A stretch of DNA of 63,887 nucleotides, the filler included, from Thraustochytrium aureum (taxonomy: Eukaryota): NCBI GenBank assembly GCA_012862495.1. It is 6 parts of 5 records of this genome, joined end to end, with 100 filler letters (N's around TTAATTAATTAA, not from the genome) between each part and the next. Parts side by side here need not be neighbours in the genome. Positions count along the whole stretch, not along the records: positions 6,237 to 23,101 come from BLSG01000248.1; positions 23,202 to 41,869 come from BLSG01000248.1; 4 more parts are not named here. One strand, 5' to 3'. Positions 22,521 through 35,788 of this stretch are shown piece after piece. The translations under genes were made by a program, and so were the position numbers. Under the pieces are notes generated by a model, which had not been told where the DNA came from, did not search any database, and saw only the letters and a program-made list of their open reading frames with translations. Numbering within the stretch: position 1 is the first letter of the stretch; the number at the start of each line of letters is the position of its first letter.

Positions 22521-23101
22521 CGTCAAGCCCACCATTTTCCAACCTCCCACGCACACGAATCAAAAAGCGCGCGTCGTCTACCGCTGCAGCAGGCGCAAGC
22601 ACGCACGGCCAGCCCAGACCAATCCACCAAGGCGCCTCTTCCCGGATCAACTCGACTGCAGTCCAGCAGTCGCCGCGCGTCAATCTTCGAGGCCTCGTGG
22701 CTCTCGCACTTGTTGCTCGTCTGTCGTGGCTTTTATCTTGAATACCAGTGTCCAGTTGCCGTAATGTATTGGAATGCAAGGGTATGTTTATGTTATGAAT
22801 GCGCTAGCGCGGTCAGCTGGGACCTGGCCGCGAGCCGTCCCTGGCCCAGTCAGCGAGACGTCCCTCCCTGTTGGTGCTGCCTGGCCTACTCCAGGTTTGG
22901 CAGCGCCGTTTCGCGTGTCTTTTTGAGGTCGCGCATTTGGCGTGGCCAACCAGATGGAGTTTTGTCGTCAACAACATGGCGTTTTCGTGTCCTGGGCGCC
23001 CTGCAGCCACGAGTCAGTTCGAAAAAGCCCACGAATCGCCGCCCTGATGAAGTTGTTGTTCATCTGTTGGGTCCTGAGGCCTGACGCCAGCATTGAGTTA
23101 G

Positions 23102-23201
23102 NNNNNNNNNNNNNNNNNNNNNNNNNNNNNNNNNNNNNNNNNNNNTTAATTAATTAANNNNNNNNNNNNNNNNNNNNNNNNNNNNNNNNNNNNNNNNNNN
23201 N
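23102..23201. other. Artificial scaffold spacer
   Basis: TTAATTAATTAA at 23146-23157 flanked by N runs. Confidence 0.97.
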
Positions 23202-23759
23202 TGTTTTCTGTCTCCGTCGTGTCAGTGCTTGCTTGGCAGTGGTTGAGGCGAATTCCAGCGTTGAGGCCCACTCTGGTGTGGTGCAGAGGCGCGCAAACGC
23301 GTGGGAAAGTGCGCTTCAAGAGCCCCCCCGCGCCGTCTACGAGCAGTAGAGGCGTTGTCAATTGCATTCGGTCAGCTTCGAGTCCCTGAAGAGAGAGCGC
23401 AGTAAGGTCCGCTCCGCGCAAGGGCATACACGGTGGCTGCTGACGACGCGCTGCACTGCAGACGGCGGCGCACTGCAGACGGCAACGGGCGGCGAAGACA
23501 AGACCGCGCACAGCGGAGGTGCCGTGCTTGCGGGTCTGTGCTCGGTGATGCCTGGCGCACCTGGACAAGACAACCCCTAAACACTGAACCAGACGGCAGC
23601 GGCTGAGGCACAGCGCTCTTGCAACGCAGAATCCAGGCTGCAGACGGACCTGCGGCAGCAAGGCCGCAGCGTGGATGGGTGGCGGGCGAACCAACTAAAC
23701 TGCGACTGTTGTGAAGCATCCGCGTCCGGCCGAAAGGCCGGTCTCGCGCACGAGCCACC

Positions 23760-24887
23760 ATGAAGGTGTCTGGGCACGACGATGCTGCAAAACCAAAGTT
23801 GGCACCCGGCGAGGCAGACAACACGGCGATGTCGTCGAGCGCAAAGGCTGGAGCTCATCTCAAGACGTGCCACAAGCACTTTAGCTTTGCTTCGGCCGGC
23901 TCTTGCGAGAAAATCGGCAAGCGCCCGACGATGGAGGACGCTATATGCTCGATACCGTGTCTCTGTCCCGAGACTGTCAGCCTTGGGGAGCTCAGGGTGA
24001 ACGCGAGCCTCGAGTTCAAGCCCGTTCCCGGTGACGCAAACAAGGTGATTGGAGTCTTTGGCGTATTCGATGGTCACGGTGGCAGGTCTAGTGCAGAGTT
24101 TTGCGGCAAAGTCGTCCCGTACGTCCTTCTTACCAAACCGAATCGGTACACTGACATGCCGAAGGCCTTGAGCGAGGCGTTTGCGACTTGCGACAACCTG
24201 CTTCGCGACCACCTGCAGTGCCAGTTTGCTGACTCGACGGAGTTTTCCAGTGGCTGCACCGCTGTCACTGCGTGCGTGACGCTCGACCGCACGACCAAAA
24301 CCGTCTCCATCGACTGCGCCAACGTCGGCGACTCAAGGTGCGTAATCGTCACGCGCGATGGCAAGGCCGTCGCCATGTCGGAAGACCATGTACCACCTTG
24401 GAACGCGAGCGCGAGCGCATCGAGAGGAGCGGGGGGTTTATCTCGTCGCCAAAGTTTGGCAGCTGTCAGCCGCGCGTCCTTGGCGCTCTTGCAGTTACCC
24501 GCGCGCTTGGGGACTTTGACTTCAAGATGCCGCGCGTCTCCTCGTGGGGGACCAACGCGAACCCGATTGAGGCGGATCTTGTAACCGCCGAGCCAGAGAT
24601 TCGTTCGCACCAGTGCAACTGAGGACGACATGGCGCTTGTTCTTGCCTGCGACGGGATTTGGAATGTTTTTACCAGCGACGAAGTTGCAGAATTTGTCTG
24701 CAGCAAGCTCCGCAAACTGGACAAGGTTCTTTCAAAGGCTCCGGATGCGCAAAAGTGCGAGCTCGTCGCCACTGCACTAGTGGACACTGCTATACAACGC
24801 GGCTCGCAGGACAACTGCTCTTGTATTGTTATCATTTTAGTGCCTGTGCGGGACAAAGGCACCTCGTCACTCTGCGCCATTTCATAA
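23760..24887 (+). CDS. PP2C (PPM-family) protein phosphatase; frameshifts near 24395 and 24618
   Basis: GKRPTMEDA, FGVFDGHGG, SGCTAV, ANVGDSRCV, SEDH, ERERIERSGG, LAVTRALGDFDFK, LVLACDGIW, RGSQDNCS across three frames. Confidence 0.92.
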
Positions 24888-24998
24888 CATCGTGTGCTCC
24901 TCGACAGAAATTACGATTCTGCTCGCGATCACTCAATTGTATTGCGCGCGCCTTGCCTCGTCGCAGCTGTGCTGGGGACGAGGAACCTTTCGACTGCG

Positions 24999-25072
24999 CT
25001 TCGCTGACTGCGCTTTCGCTGACTGTGCCTTCGCTGACTGCGCTTTCGCTGACTGCGCCTTCGCTGACTGCG
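24999..25072. repeat. 15-bp tandem repeat ((C/T)TTCGCTGACTG(C/T)GC), at least 5 copies, running into gap
   Basis: Directly visible; probably the cause of assembly gap 25073-25409. Confidence 0.85.
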
Positions 25073-25900
25073 NNNNNNNNNNNNNNNNNNNNNNNNNNNN
25101 NNNNNNNNNNNNNNNNNNNNNNNNNNNNNNNNNNNNNNNNNNNNNNNNNNNNNNNNNNNNNNNNNNNNNNNNNNNNNNNNNNNNNNNNNNNNNNNNNNNN
25201 NNNNNNNNNNNNNNNNNNNNNNNNNNNNNNNNNNNNNNNNNNNNNNNNNNNNNNNNNNNNNNNNNNNNNNNNNNNNNNNNNNNNNNNNNNNNNNNNNNNN
25301 NNNNNNNNNNNNNNNNNNNNNNNNNNNNNNNNNNNNNNNNNNNNNNNNNNNNNNNNNNNNNNNNNNNNNNNNNNNNNNNNNNNNNNNNNNNNNNNNNNNN
25401 NNNNNNNNNGACTTTGAACAACCTGTTCACCGCATCATGCTTTCGCGAATACTCAATGGACGGCAAGCCCCATCTGGAACGGAAAGCCAGACTGAAAGCG
25501 GAAAGTAGTTCCTCGACAGTGATCGTTTGCGCGCCAAGGATTTGATCAAGATGGAATTCAGCGCAGCAAGGCAAGCCCGCTCGCCCGACGGCCCTGGGCG
25601 CCCGTCCCGGACGAGTCTCCATTTCTAAAGAAACCAATAGCTTTAGCTTACTTGCTGCACTCTTGCGGACGTCCTCGTCCTCCCCGGGCCTGCCAAAGTG
25701 AGGACAGCTTCATGCGTCGGCATGACACCGGATACAGTCATCGCACAGGAGAGGCGCACGCGCGCAAGCTGGACCACAGCCTTTCTACGGGCCAGCTCGC
25801 GCCAGCGCTCCGCACATAGCGATCGTTCGCCTTGCGTTGACGCGGGTGGTGGTGGTGGTGGTGGTTCGCCGATGCGGGTCTCTCTCGGGTCACCTCGCCG

Positions 25901-28900
25901 CTAGTCAGCTTGGCTCGGCGAGCGGTGCAGCTCCGTCGAGACCTTTTCGCTCGTGGAGCGACGCAAGTCCGTTGTTGAGCGGTGCAAGTGCGCACTCGAC
26001 CCGCGCGCGATCGTTTTGCGCTGCGTTTGGTGGGCCACCCAGACCTTGACCGCGGTGTTGACAATGTCGCGGTTCTTTTCTTTGTCCTCGTCGGACAGCT
26101 TGTCCCAGTCCACTTTCTGATGCGGCTCTACCCACGGCTTCTTGGCGTTGCGCTTGAGCCAGTGCACATGCTGCGACGCACTAGCTTCCTCAAGAAACTC
26201 GTGCGACCCGATACGAGTGAAAAAGCTCTGCAGCGGAAGGTTGTCCTTGTCCCACTCCTCAAAGGCGTCCCGAATAGACTCGCAGGCGTCGTGAGCGGCC
26301 AAGAGGTTCTCCATTTGAAAGTGCCCCGGCAGTTGCGCAAACGGCAGATTGGCGATATCGTACTCGACCTCGCGAATGACCTTGACGCGGGGCGTAAAAG
26401 TTCCGTCCGGCAGCTTTCCACGGTTCTCTCGCCAAACGTCGTGGAGAGTGGCGGCCACATGCGCTTCAAAGCGGTCCATCGGGATGCCCTCGTCCACAGC
26501 CGCAAGGGCCATTTCGAGCGAGCTGGGCTCGTCGACGTGTTCGTCCTCGCCCTCGCCGCGAGCAAGGTCGCCGAGACGCGACTGCTGCTGCGCCTTGATT
26601 ACGCTTGGAACCATCCCCGTCGACGTGACCTTGCGCTTCGTTTTGATGCTCTGCAGCAGCTTCTTTTGCTCTTCCTCCTCTCGCTCGCGTTGGTCCTCGA
26701 GCGCGCGCTTGGGGTCGGCCTTCCAGAGCTTTTGCTCCAGTCGCATGCGCTCGCTGCGGTCCTTCATGTGCCGCAGCAAAAGAAAGCAATGCTCGAGCCG
26801 CTCGTGCAGCGGCATCTTATTCTTTCGCGGCCGCAGGCAGGCCTCTAGGCTCTGCCTGCGAGATGCAGTTCCAGGGCTTCCGCCCGGGCCGCCCTTGCCG
26901 GCGTTGCCGCCGCTCGTAGCATGCGCTGCGCCAACCATGCTTGCCGCGAGCGCGGCTGACGGTGGCGCCGAGAGCTGCTCCAGCTCGTCGCTCTCTGCTT
27001 CGAGTTGGCCATCCGGGCCCCCGCCTTCAGTGCCGGTCTCCTTGCTTTTCTCGTTGACGATGAGCCACAGCCCCGTTGACTCCATAATCTTGTAGTAGTC
27101 GACGATGTCGTCTGCGCCCACCTCGTCGAGCTCAAACCTGGTCGGGATGACCATGGCCGTTGCTGCCCGCGCGATGGCCTCCAAAAAGTCCACGNNNNNN
27201 NNNNNNNNNNNNNNNNNNNNNNNNNNNNNNNNNNNNNNNNNNNNNNNNNNNNNNNNNNNNNNNNNNNNNNNNNNNNNNNNNNNNNNNNNNNNNNNNNNNN
27301 NNNNNNNNNNNNNNNNNNNNNNNNNNNNNNNNNNNNNNNNNNNNNNNNNNNNNNNNNNNNNNNNNNNNNNNNNNNNNNNNNNNNNNNNNNNNNNNNNNNN
27401 NNNNNNNNNNNNNNNNNNNNNNNNNNNNNNNNNNNNNNNNNNNNNNNNNNNNNNNNNNNNNNGCGGAAAATGTTGTTTGACTCGCGCAGCGTAAACAGCG
27501 GGTTGAACATCCCAATCGACACAAGCATCGTTTGCCACTCCTCGTAGGCCATGCGCTTGCCGCGACTCCCGCCATGCTCCTTGGAGTGCTGCGAAGTCCC
27601 TGCAAACTGGAGGAACATGCCTTTCAGAAAGCCCAGGTTGGCGCGGAGCACGTTGTCCACCGACTCGCAGTACAGCTGGAGACGGCGAAAGTCGTCGAAG
27701 CACCCGTCGATTCGCTTCATAAGGGGGACGTCCGAAATCGTCTGAAAGAGCCGCTTTGTCCCAGCAGCGATGTCGTTCACCATGCGCGACTTGACGAACT
27801 TGGCCTCGGCCACGCGGACGAGCGCCTCCAGAAACTGGTAGCGCATCAACTGGGCGCCACGCTTGAGGCTCAGGACAAAGCAGTCGCGCTCAAAGGATTC
27901 CTGGGCCTCTGTCCAATCCTCGATCGGGTTTTTCGTGACCTGGATAAAGATCGTGTTGCAATGGCCTTCCTGAATCAGACTGTCGTGTGCCGACTCCTTG
28001 ATGTCGGCGTGGCCGCAAAAGTCAGTGAACTCGAGCATCTGCATGGCGAAAATGCTCTGGATCTGGTCCAGTGCAGAGTAGTACCGAAACACGTTGCAGA
28101 TCATTCCGTAGTTGTGCTTGAGGATCCCTTGGAGGTCGGCCAAGGCCTCTTCACTGTATCGGGACAAAAACTTGCGAAACGTGCGCTTTTGCTCGCAGAG
28201 CTGCCAGTCTTTTTCAAATGCTGCGTTTCGGACAGCTTTGTCGTTGTAAAAGGTGTCATAGGCCTTCTCGCGCCCCGCAAACACGGATTTTTCAATGCTC
28301 CATGGGTCCTCCTCGATCTGCTCCTCTCCAAACCCTGCGTCCACCTCATCGCGGGAGGCGGTCAGAATTGGAATGGGTTCGTCAAGCACGGTGCCTGTTC
28401 GAGTCCAGGAGACGCTGGTTTCGGGCTGACGTCCTCCGAAGGGGCTCAGGCTGTGCATCTCTGGCGGCGGCGCCCGCACGAATGGCGTGGGAAGCCTGGA
28501 CGCCTCGCTCACAGAGAGCCACTTGGCCTCCGAAGCGAGTCGCGGCACATTCGGGAGCGTCCGCTCCGGAAACGCAAGGCTGGCTACATCCTGCGGGGCA
28601 AGCGTCGGCGCTGCAACGTCTTGCACCTTGTCCTTGCCAAACAGCGGCCCGCCCGAGAGGTACAAGAAGATCTCGCGGCCATCTGGAAGCGTGTACTTTG
28701 GCAGCTCCTCGTACACTTTGGCTCCCTCAATGTGCGCGAATTTGGAGAGTCGCACGCGTTTGGGCGCGTTGAGGTCTCGGCGCCTTCGTTCGTACTCTGA
28801 CCGCTGTTGCCTGCGCATTTGCCGCCGCTTTCTGCGGAGGACCGCCGCCGCTCGCCGCTCCTCGGCCTCCGCTTTGGCTTGCTTTTGCAACTCGCCTTTC

Positions 28901-31900
28901 CGAGGCCCCCTTTCATCATCGTCTCCCTCTGCGTTTTGCGAGCCATCCGAGTCGGGCGCTTGGCCGAGGTTGCCAGTACTTTCGCTCCCGCGGCCCGCGG
29001 CATTGCCTAGGGCTTGCTTCCCGGCGCTTTTTGCTTCATCTTGGGCGTCGTCATCAGCCGCTTCGTCATTGTCGCTTTCGCCACTCGTCTCGCTTGCTTG
29101 GTTCTCCTCGCTATCGTACGACGAGAGGCTTGTGTCAGAGTCGCTGGCCTCGATCGCAATCTCCTCCCATCCCTTGAGGGTGCTGAACGGGTCTCCGCCG
29201 CGGTTGAAGACGAACTGCGAGTACGGCCGCGTGCTATCCATTCTGACGCGGACCTCGTCAACACGCTTTGCGTGCGTCCCGAAGGCGCCGCCAACAGCTG
29301 TCTTCGGGCTCGAACCAGGTAGCGGCTCTCCGGCCAGGTCGGCGATGTCCGCAATGCCGTGCTGGGCGAACCCAGAGCTGTGCGAGTCAGCTGCCGTGGC
29401 TTCGAGCACGCGCCCAGAGCGCAAGAACTCGGCCTCGCGGTCCACTTGGTCAGGCGATCTCGTCGTGATCTCGCGTACCTCTGGGCTCCACCTCTCTTTG
29501 CCAACATTGGTGTAGAGGTGGTCTGGGGCCCACAGGGCTCTGGCGGGCTGGCACATTCTCTTTGAGAGCTCCGCATTCGCTTGCCGGTGCTCGTCCACGC
29601 TAAAGGGGCTCTTTGACGAGTGCTGGAGCATCGTCGCAGCTTTGGCCGAGCTGATCCGACCAGAAGCGTCGCCGCGGGAGCGAGGTGAGCCCTTGCCGCC
29701 AGCCTGCTCCAGCTGCCGGGCGGCACTCGTTGGCGACACGAGGCTAGAAGCCCGCCGACGGTTCCCGCCGGCCTCGTCCTTGCCGGGAAACTGGATGTGC
29801 TGGCGCAGGTCCCACAGCGGCGACTCGGTTGGGCTCAACGCCTTGAACCTGGCCGCTCGGGGCGAAGTTGGCGAGCCTTTTCGGCCCGCTTGCCCGGGAG
29901 CAGTCGGGACGTGCGGCGACAAGCCGCCTTGTCCGTTCTGGGGCATGGCGCGTGCAGATGATGTTTGCTGCAGCGGCGAAGTGTCGTCTTTGGAAACCTT
30001 CGGCGCTATCTCTGTTATGTTCGGGATAACGACGCTCAACTGGCGGAGGTCACTGGTGGTAGCACCGACGTCACTTGAACTGCGCGCGGCGCTCTTTTTC
30101 GGCGATTGGCCCTTTGGAGACACATTTGGCGCTGCGCCACCAGCTTTCCCGTTCTGGATCTCGTCGCGAAACTCGCGCAAGAAGGAACTCAGCGTGCGGC
30201 GCAGCTCCGGGTTCTGCCCCTCACCTGGTCTTGGCCGTCGTCCTCGCCCGTTACCTGGTCAGCGCTAGCGCCAGAGGCATCTTCGACAGGCTGGTCGCAG
30301 GCGCCGTCTTTCAAGCCGATCTGCGTCGGATTGCGCTTTCGTACAACTGTGCGCGGGAGCCGCACTTTGGTTGTGTCTCGGTACGAGCGTGCTGCGTCCA
30401 TGTTTGCGTCTTGAACTTTGAGCGTGTCCAACCACTCTAAAAAGTTTGTCTTGACTCCGCCTTCGGGGCCCTTGAAGGCCTTAGCAGAGCTTGATGGGGA
30501 CGCGGCCTCGTGCGCAGGCCCAGCCGCTGCCACCTTGGAAGCTTCAGCGGCGCGCTGGGCTTCGGGCATATCACGCGTCCTGTTGAACGCCGCGAGCTGC
30601 TCGTTGAAGGCTGCGAGCTCCTGCTCAGTTGGCTCGCGCACGTCGCGCCAGCCGAGCATCTGTCGCGCTCGAAGCTCCGCCTTGTACATTTGCGTCTTGT
30701 TGCTTGCATTTTCTGAAAGCTGTTTGAGTATTTGAGCAAGGAGGCGGCGATGCTCCCGTTCAGGCGTTGTCCACGACAGCTTGAGGAGGTGGTAGAGCCC
30801 CTGCCGGCACAAGTGCTCTTGGCTCGTAGGGTCAAGGGCCACGTGACGCAGGCCTTTGAGAGCGTTGAGCACAACGTGCTGGTTCGACCCTTCCCGAGTG
30901 AGGTTGAGGAGCAGGCTGATCCCGTTGCTGTTTCGCACGAGTGCCTGGCCCACTTTGGTCGAGCGCATTTTGCCCAGGAGGTCCGCCCCCTCCGAGCGCA
31001 GTTTCTCGACGTCAGAACCCAAGAAATGGATCACGATCTCGCAAAGGTAAGTGGGGGAAATTAGCCGTTCGAGTCGGCTGCGCAAGGTCGTGCCTGTCTC
31101 GCTCCGCGGCGGCAGGCGGTCAATGTAGCAGAGCATCTGCGCCACAAGCGCCCGGTTTGCCGGCTGGGCGTTGGCGTTGTAGGCAAAGTCGAGCACGAAC
31201 TGCAAGAGCTTTGGGTCGCAGATCGTCCGGTCAGAGATTCGAAGGCCGGCGAGAGCCCAGAGGATTCCAAACGCCTTGTGAGCGACGGCGTCGACAAGGT
31301 CCTTGTGCGTTTCGTTCGCGAAAGTGAAGGCGCCTGTCGCCGCTCCTGCGCCGAACGACTCGGGTTTGGGCTCCCTACCCACGCACACGGCTTGGATGAC
31401 CCGCGTCAAGGCCTGAAATAGCTCTGAGCGGACTCGTTTAATGATTGACCTCTCTTCCTCGAGAAAGCGGAGGTTGAACATGAGCGAGTTCACCTTGAGA
31501 CTCGAGAGCGAGGTTGCCGCGAAAACGTCCCTGTTCATGACGAGCTGCCAGATCGCGCTGAGAATGGCGTTCAGGGCGTAGAGGTGTTCTCTGGCGCTCA
31601 TGAGGTTGCGCGTGCGCGCCTCGGAGGTGCTGTCTTTGACGTCTTTGGTGACCGTCACGCGCCGCAAAGACTTTTTGGTCTGGTGCTGTAGCTTGACGAT
31701 GTTGGACTCGTTCTTAGAGACGTGGAGGAAAGCCTCGCGGTAGACGTCGATCATCTCCATTGTCTGGTGCATTGAGCGCACGAGCACGGGAAGGAAGCCA
31801 AGTCGGAGGCACGCCATGCGCAGGACCGGCTCTCTTGCTGCGCTCCACACCGCGAGCGACAGGTACGTCAGGTTCGAGCCGGTAGGCGGCTGCACCATCG

Positions 31901-34900
31901 TGAGCTGGTTCGACGATCGAGCGCCGAATGAGCGTTGCTGCTCTAGCGCGTTCGGGCTTTCAGGTCGCAATCCACTCGACGATGTACCGTGGCGCAGGGG
32001 CTCGCCGTCCAGGACCTGCAGCAAGAGGGACAGCGCTTCCTTTGTCCACTGCGGAAAGGCAGCAAAGGGATCCCCTTGGCTGTCAGGCTGCGGGCCGTGC
32101 GCGTCGCTCTTGCGCTCCTCCTCGACCCTCGATGACTGTGACTGCGAAGGGGCCACAACCTTGGGCATGAGACTGTGTAGCATGACGCACGCGCACGCGA
32201 GATTACGGAGGATTTGCGTCGGCGACTGCGGCGCGGGCTCGCCCTTGCGAGCGGCGTCAACGGCCGAACGCCGGAATGACGAAAACCTCCTGGAGGGCAG
32301 GGCGTTGATCTTGGCGCGACTCGGCGACCGTGCTCGACTGGAAGCGTCTGGCGAGTGTTTGCGCTGTGCCAGTATGACGACATTGGAGCACAGGGCGATG
32401 AGGTCGCGCAGGTCGAGGCTGGGCAGCACTGCGCTGGCAGGCAGCTCGAGGTTCATGCACGTCTCCAAGATGCCGCACAGCGCAGACACCCCGACGCCTT
32501 GCACGTCGCATTGGAGCTCGGTTGAGCATCGATTGGGCTGCTGAGGCTGGGGTGGTGGATCTCTAACTTGCCAACGTCGAGCAGCACCTCGACGAGGCAG
32601 CGCTCGAAGTAGCCGCCAAGCTCTGTTTTGCGCTCCTCAAGGACTGCAGCGAGGCGCATGGCGCGGAGCTCTGCCGGGCACATGGATTCTTGCTCTGCTG
32701 CGGAGACGTAGTGCGAGCTGCCAACGAGCATGTCTTCGTGCAGCCGCACGAGGCGTCGGCGCACGGCAGGGGCCTTTGCGTGGGCGAGCGCGTTGAGCGC
32801 CGACATTGCCGCAATTTCAACAGCGGGCTTTGGATCTGCGGACCTCCGCGTGGACAGCGCGAGCGACAGGAGTGCCCCAAGCATAGGGTCTGTTAGGAGC
32901 TCGTTGGTGCGCTTTTCGTCGCTGGCCGTGTTCAGAAACAGCTGCCTTGGTGCGAAGAGCGATGCCATCGTGGCCACGCGAAACCCGCCCATCGAGATGA
33001 TTATTTGGTCGTGCGTCCCCTTGGGCGACAGGCTTCCGCGCGGCACAATGGTGTGCGTGCGAGCGTCCACGCGTGCTGGACCTAAAGCGCTGTCCGAAGG
33101 GGCCTGTGCGTGGCTCTGCGTCTCAGCGGCGGCGTGAGCATCAGCGCTAGCGCCACGGCGCTCGTTGGCTGATCCACAGGCCGCAGCGGCTTCGAGAGGA
33201 AGCGAGTCGGCGATGGCCTTGAATAGGCCCCAAAACCCAACTGCGGCGTTTTGCAGCGTCGACTCGTGGGCCCTGCCGCTGGGCATGTTCCACTCCTCCT
33301 GGTTGAAGAGCGTCGTGTCCGCCGAGTCAAGGTCAGGGCACCGCAGGATGGCCTTTGACGAGTTGATGACACGGGATGGCTGCTCCTCAGACTCGGCTGC
33401 TGGCCCGCTCGACGAGTCGTTGGCACCGTTGATGTTGGTCGCGCTCCCACGTCCAATGCCTGAGCCGCGCGAGCCGGACCCCGCCAAGCCGTCGTTCACC
33501 TGACGAGCGGCGAGGCGAGCCGCAGATGCGCGTTTCCGCTTGGCGGCGCCTCGCCCCGCAGCCGAAGTGTCGGAAGCGCGGTCTGGGACGAGTAGCGACA
33601 GCAAGGCGTCAAAGCAGGTCGGAAGGTCCACCGTGTCGCCAAAGCCGCCATCCTTTCTTTCCATGGTGGAGCCGAGCGAGTCGCCCGAGTCGCTCTCGTC
33701 GCCTTCCTCAAATCCCCCCATCGCCAGCCCTGCTGTTGCAAGTCCTGAGAGGCCCGCCGCGCCGAGCGACGCGTGCTCGCTCATTGCGATGGCGTGAATG
33801 GCCCAGCGTAAGAGGCTCTGCGCAACCTTGTTGGTTCCATTTCGCTCGTTTTGCATGAGCAAGTCGCGGCCCGCCGGGCCCGCGATCGCGAGCTTGGCGA
33901 ATAGAATCGAGACCGCAAGGCGAGACCCGACGTTCATCGTTAAAGGCCGTACAAGGCGCGAGCCAGGCCCGCTGCCGCCCTCAAAAGCTGCAGAGGACAC
34001 GATGCTTGTCGCGGAGCCGCTCGGTGTCGCTGACGCTACACTGCCGCCGCCGTGGCCTGCCAGAGCGCTTCGCGACGCGGCTGATATGTCTTCAAGAGGA
34101 TCGGCAAATAGCTGAACGACCTTGTTTGGGTCGCCTTCGAAAGCGGGGTATTCCTCGAGGAAGACGCGCATCGATTCGGGGCTGCGCGCCACGCAGCGCA
34201 AAACGATTGCGCAAAGGTGGTCCCAGACTTGCCTGTTTTTGGTCGCGCACATGCTCACTGCCACAAACCGAAGAATGTCGATCTCAAAGTTTTTCGGAGC
34301 GTGCAGCAGGAACTGGTGGTTGACCTCCACTTCAAGCAGCGCGCGAAGCGCCCCGAGAGCGTGCACGTGTGAGGTCGGTGGATCAGGGAGGTGCAGCGAG
34401 TTTTGCTGGTAGAGAATCGTGAAGAGGAGCGGAACAAGGCTCAGCGAGACGAGCTTTTCGCGTGCGGCGCGGTGCAGAGACATCGCCCACAAGGTGCCGG
34501 CGAGTGACTCTGCGAGATCTGTGTCGAAGCGCCTTGACTCGATGCCGACGAGCTCGGCGAGCTGGCCCACCACGTCAAAGTTGCCCTGAAGAATGGCCTT
34601 GTAGTTCTTCTTGTTTAGCGACAGCTCCCACAGCCCTTGCGCTGCAGAAAAGTCGTCGTACAAGTTTTCGGGAGGCGCGTCCTCGGCCTCGCCCTCCGCG
34701 ATCGCCTCTTCCGGTGCCGAAAGCTCAGCGACAGAGCTCCGACGCTGCAGTCCGTTGATTTTGGCGCTGAGAACTTGGTGAATACGAGCAAGCGCCAGAG
34801 CTCTTTGCTGTCTTGTGCGTGCCTTGACGTGCTTTGGCGTCAACCAGGCACGCAGCAAGCTCTGAAGCTCGGCGTCTTTCCGGACATAGCGAAAGTCCCG

Positions 34901-35149
34901 CTTGGCGTCAAACTTGTCGCGCGGGTCCAAAACGGGAGCGTACACGCGCGGTAGCAGCAGGGCCACGCGATATAGGTTTTCAAAGGCAAATCCGCCGTGC
35001 TGGGCGATATTGCCAAGCAGGTGAACGAGAGACTCGCTCAGAACCACGCCGTCTTCGTCCACGATCTCGACGTCTTCCACCAACAAGTCCGTCGGCTGGT
35101 GAATAAGCGCATCGCCCCGAACTTTGTTCGCCCAGGCCTCGTCCTCCAT
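25901..35149 (-). CDS. Probable single ~3000-aa protein: N-terminal ARM/HEAT-like repeats, disordered middle, EF-hand-like region, C-terminal tandem RyR-like repeats; split by frameshifts (~32520, ~30230) and gap 27195-27462
   Basis: Four long consecutive minus-strand ORFs with overlapping open frames and no intergenic space. ARM-like motifs AAQGLWELSLN, LAGTLWAMS, AFGILWALA, ALKGLRHVAL; MQMLEFTDFC, YQFLEALVRVA, VDFLEAIARAA; HDVWRENR...DIANLPFAQLP and HVHWLKRN...DWDKLSDEDKEKNRD. Confidence 0.65.
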
Positions 35150-35788
35150 CCCCTGCGGACCGCACGTCCGTCGACGGCGACTGCCTCCGTCCGCGCCACA
35201 CAGCAGAATTCAGAAGACGAGGCAAAAAGTGGCCAACTTTTTGCCGGGCCAGCCACCGCCGAGCAGGGCCCGAGCGGGTCTGACCGCGCAACCTGCGCTA
35301 TCCGAGTGGTCGATGCTGGCAGGCGCCCCTTTTGCCTGCCTGCCTGCCTGCCTGCCTGCCTGCTCGCTTGCTGTCGATTGCGTTCTGTCGGTGGGCCTTG
35401 TTGGGCTGGGCTCGTTACCGTTTACGAAGTTCAAAGAATTGCTCGCTCGCCAAGTCCCGAGTCCCCAAGTCGCGATGGTGGATAGGTTGGCCTCGAACAT
35501 TTGATTGATGGATTGATGGATTGATCAAGAGATGAGCTGCTCTGACAGCACCGATGGACGCGGACATGGCAACTAGCCACGGCGGCGGCGGTACACTGCT
35601 GATGGCCCAGCGCGGTCCCATGCCCATGCTGGGTGGAGCGCCTTGGTCAAATCACAACACTTTTGCGCTGATGTGTCCGGTGGCAGCAAGGCAAGGAAGG
35701 GCACTGAGAGACTGACTGTTGGCCTGTGGGCGCGGCCCGCGCATGCGCGCACGATTGGTTGGCAAGACGTCTTTGATTGGTGCAGCAG

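Noticed and set aside
24640..24670. PP2C DGIWN instead of DGxWD as a sign of a pseudophosphatase
   Set aside because: The main metal-binding aspartates (MED, DGH, CDG, QDN) are all present, so this substitution alone does not imply inactivity.
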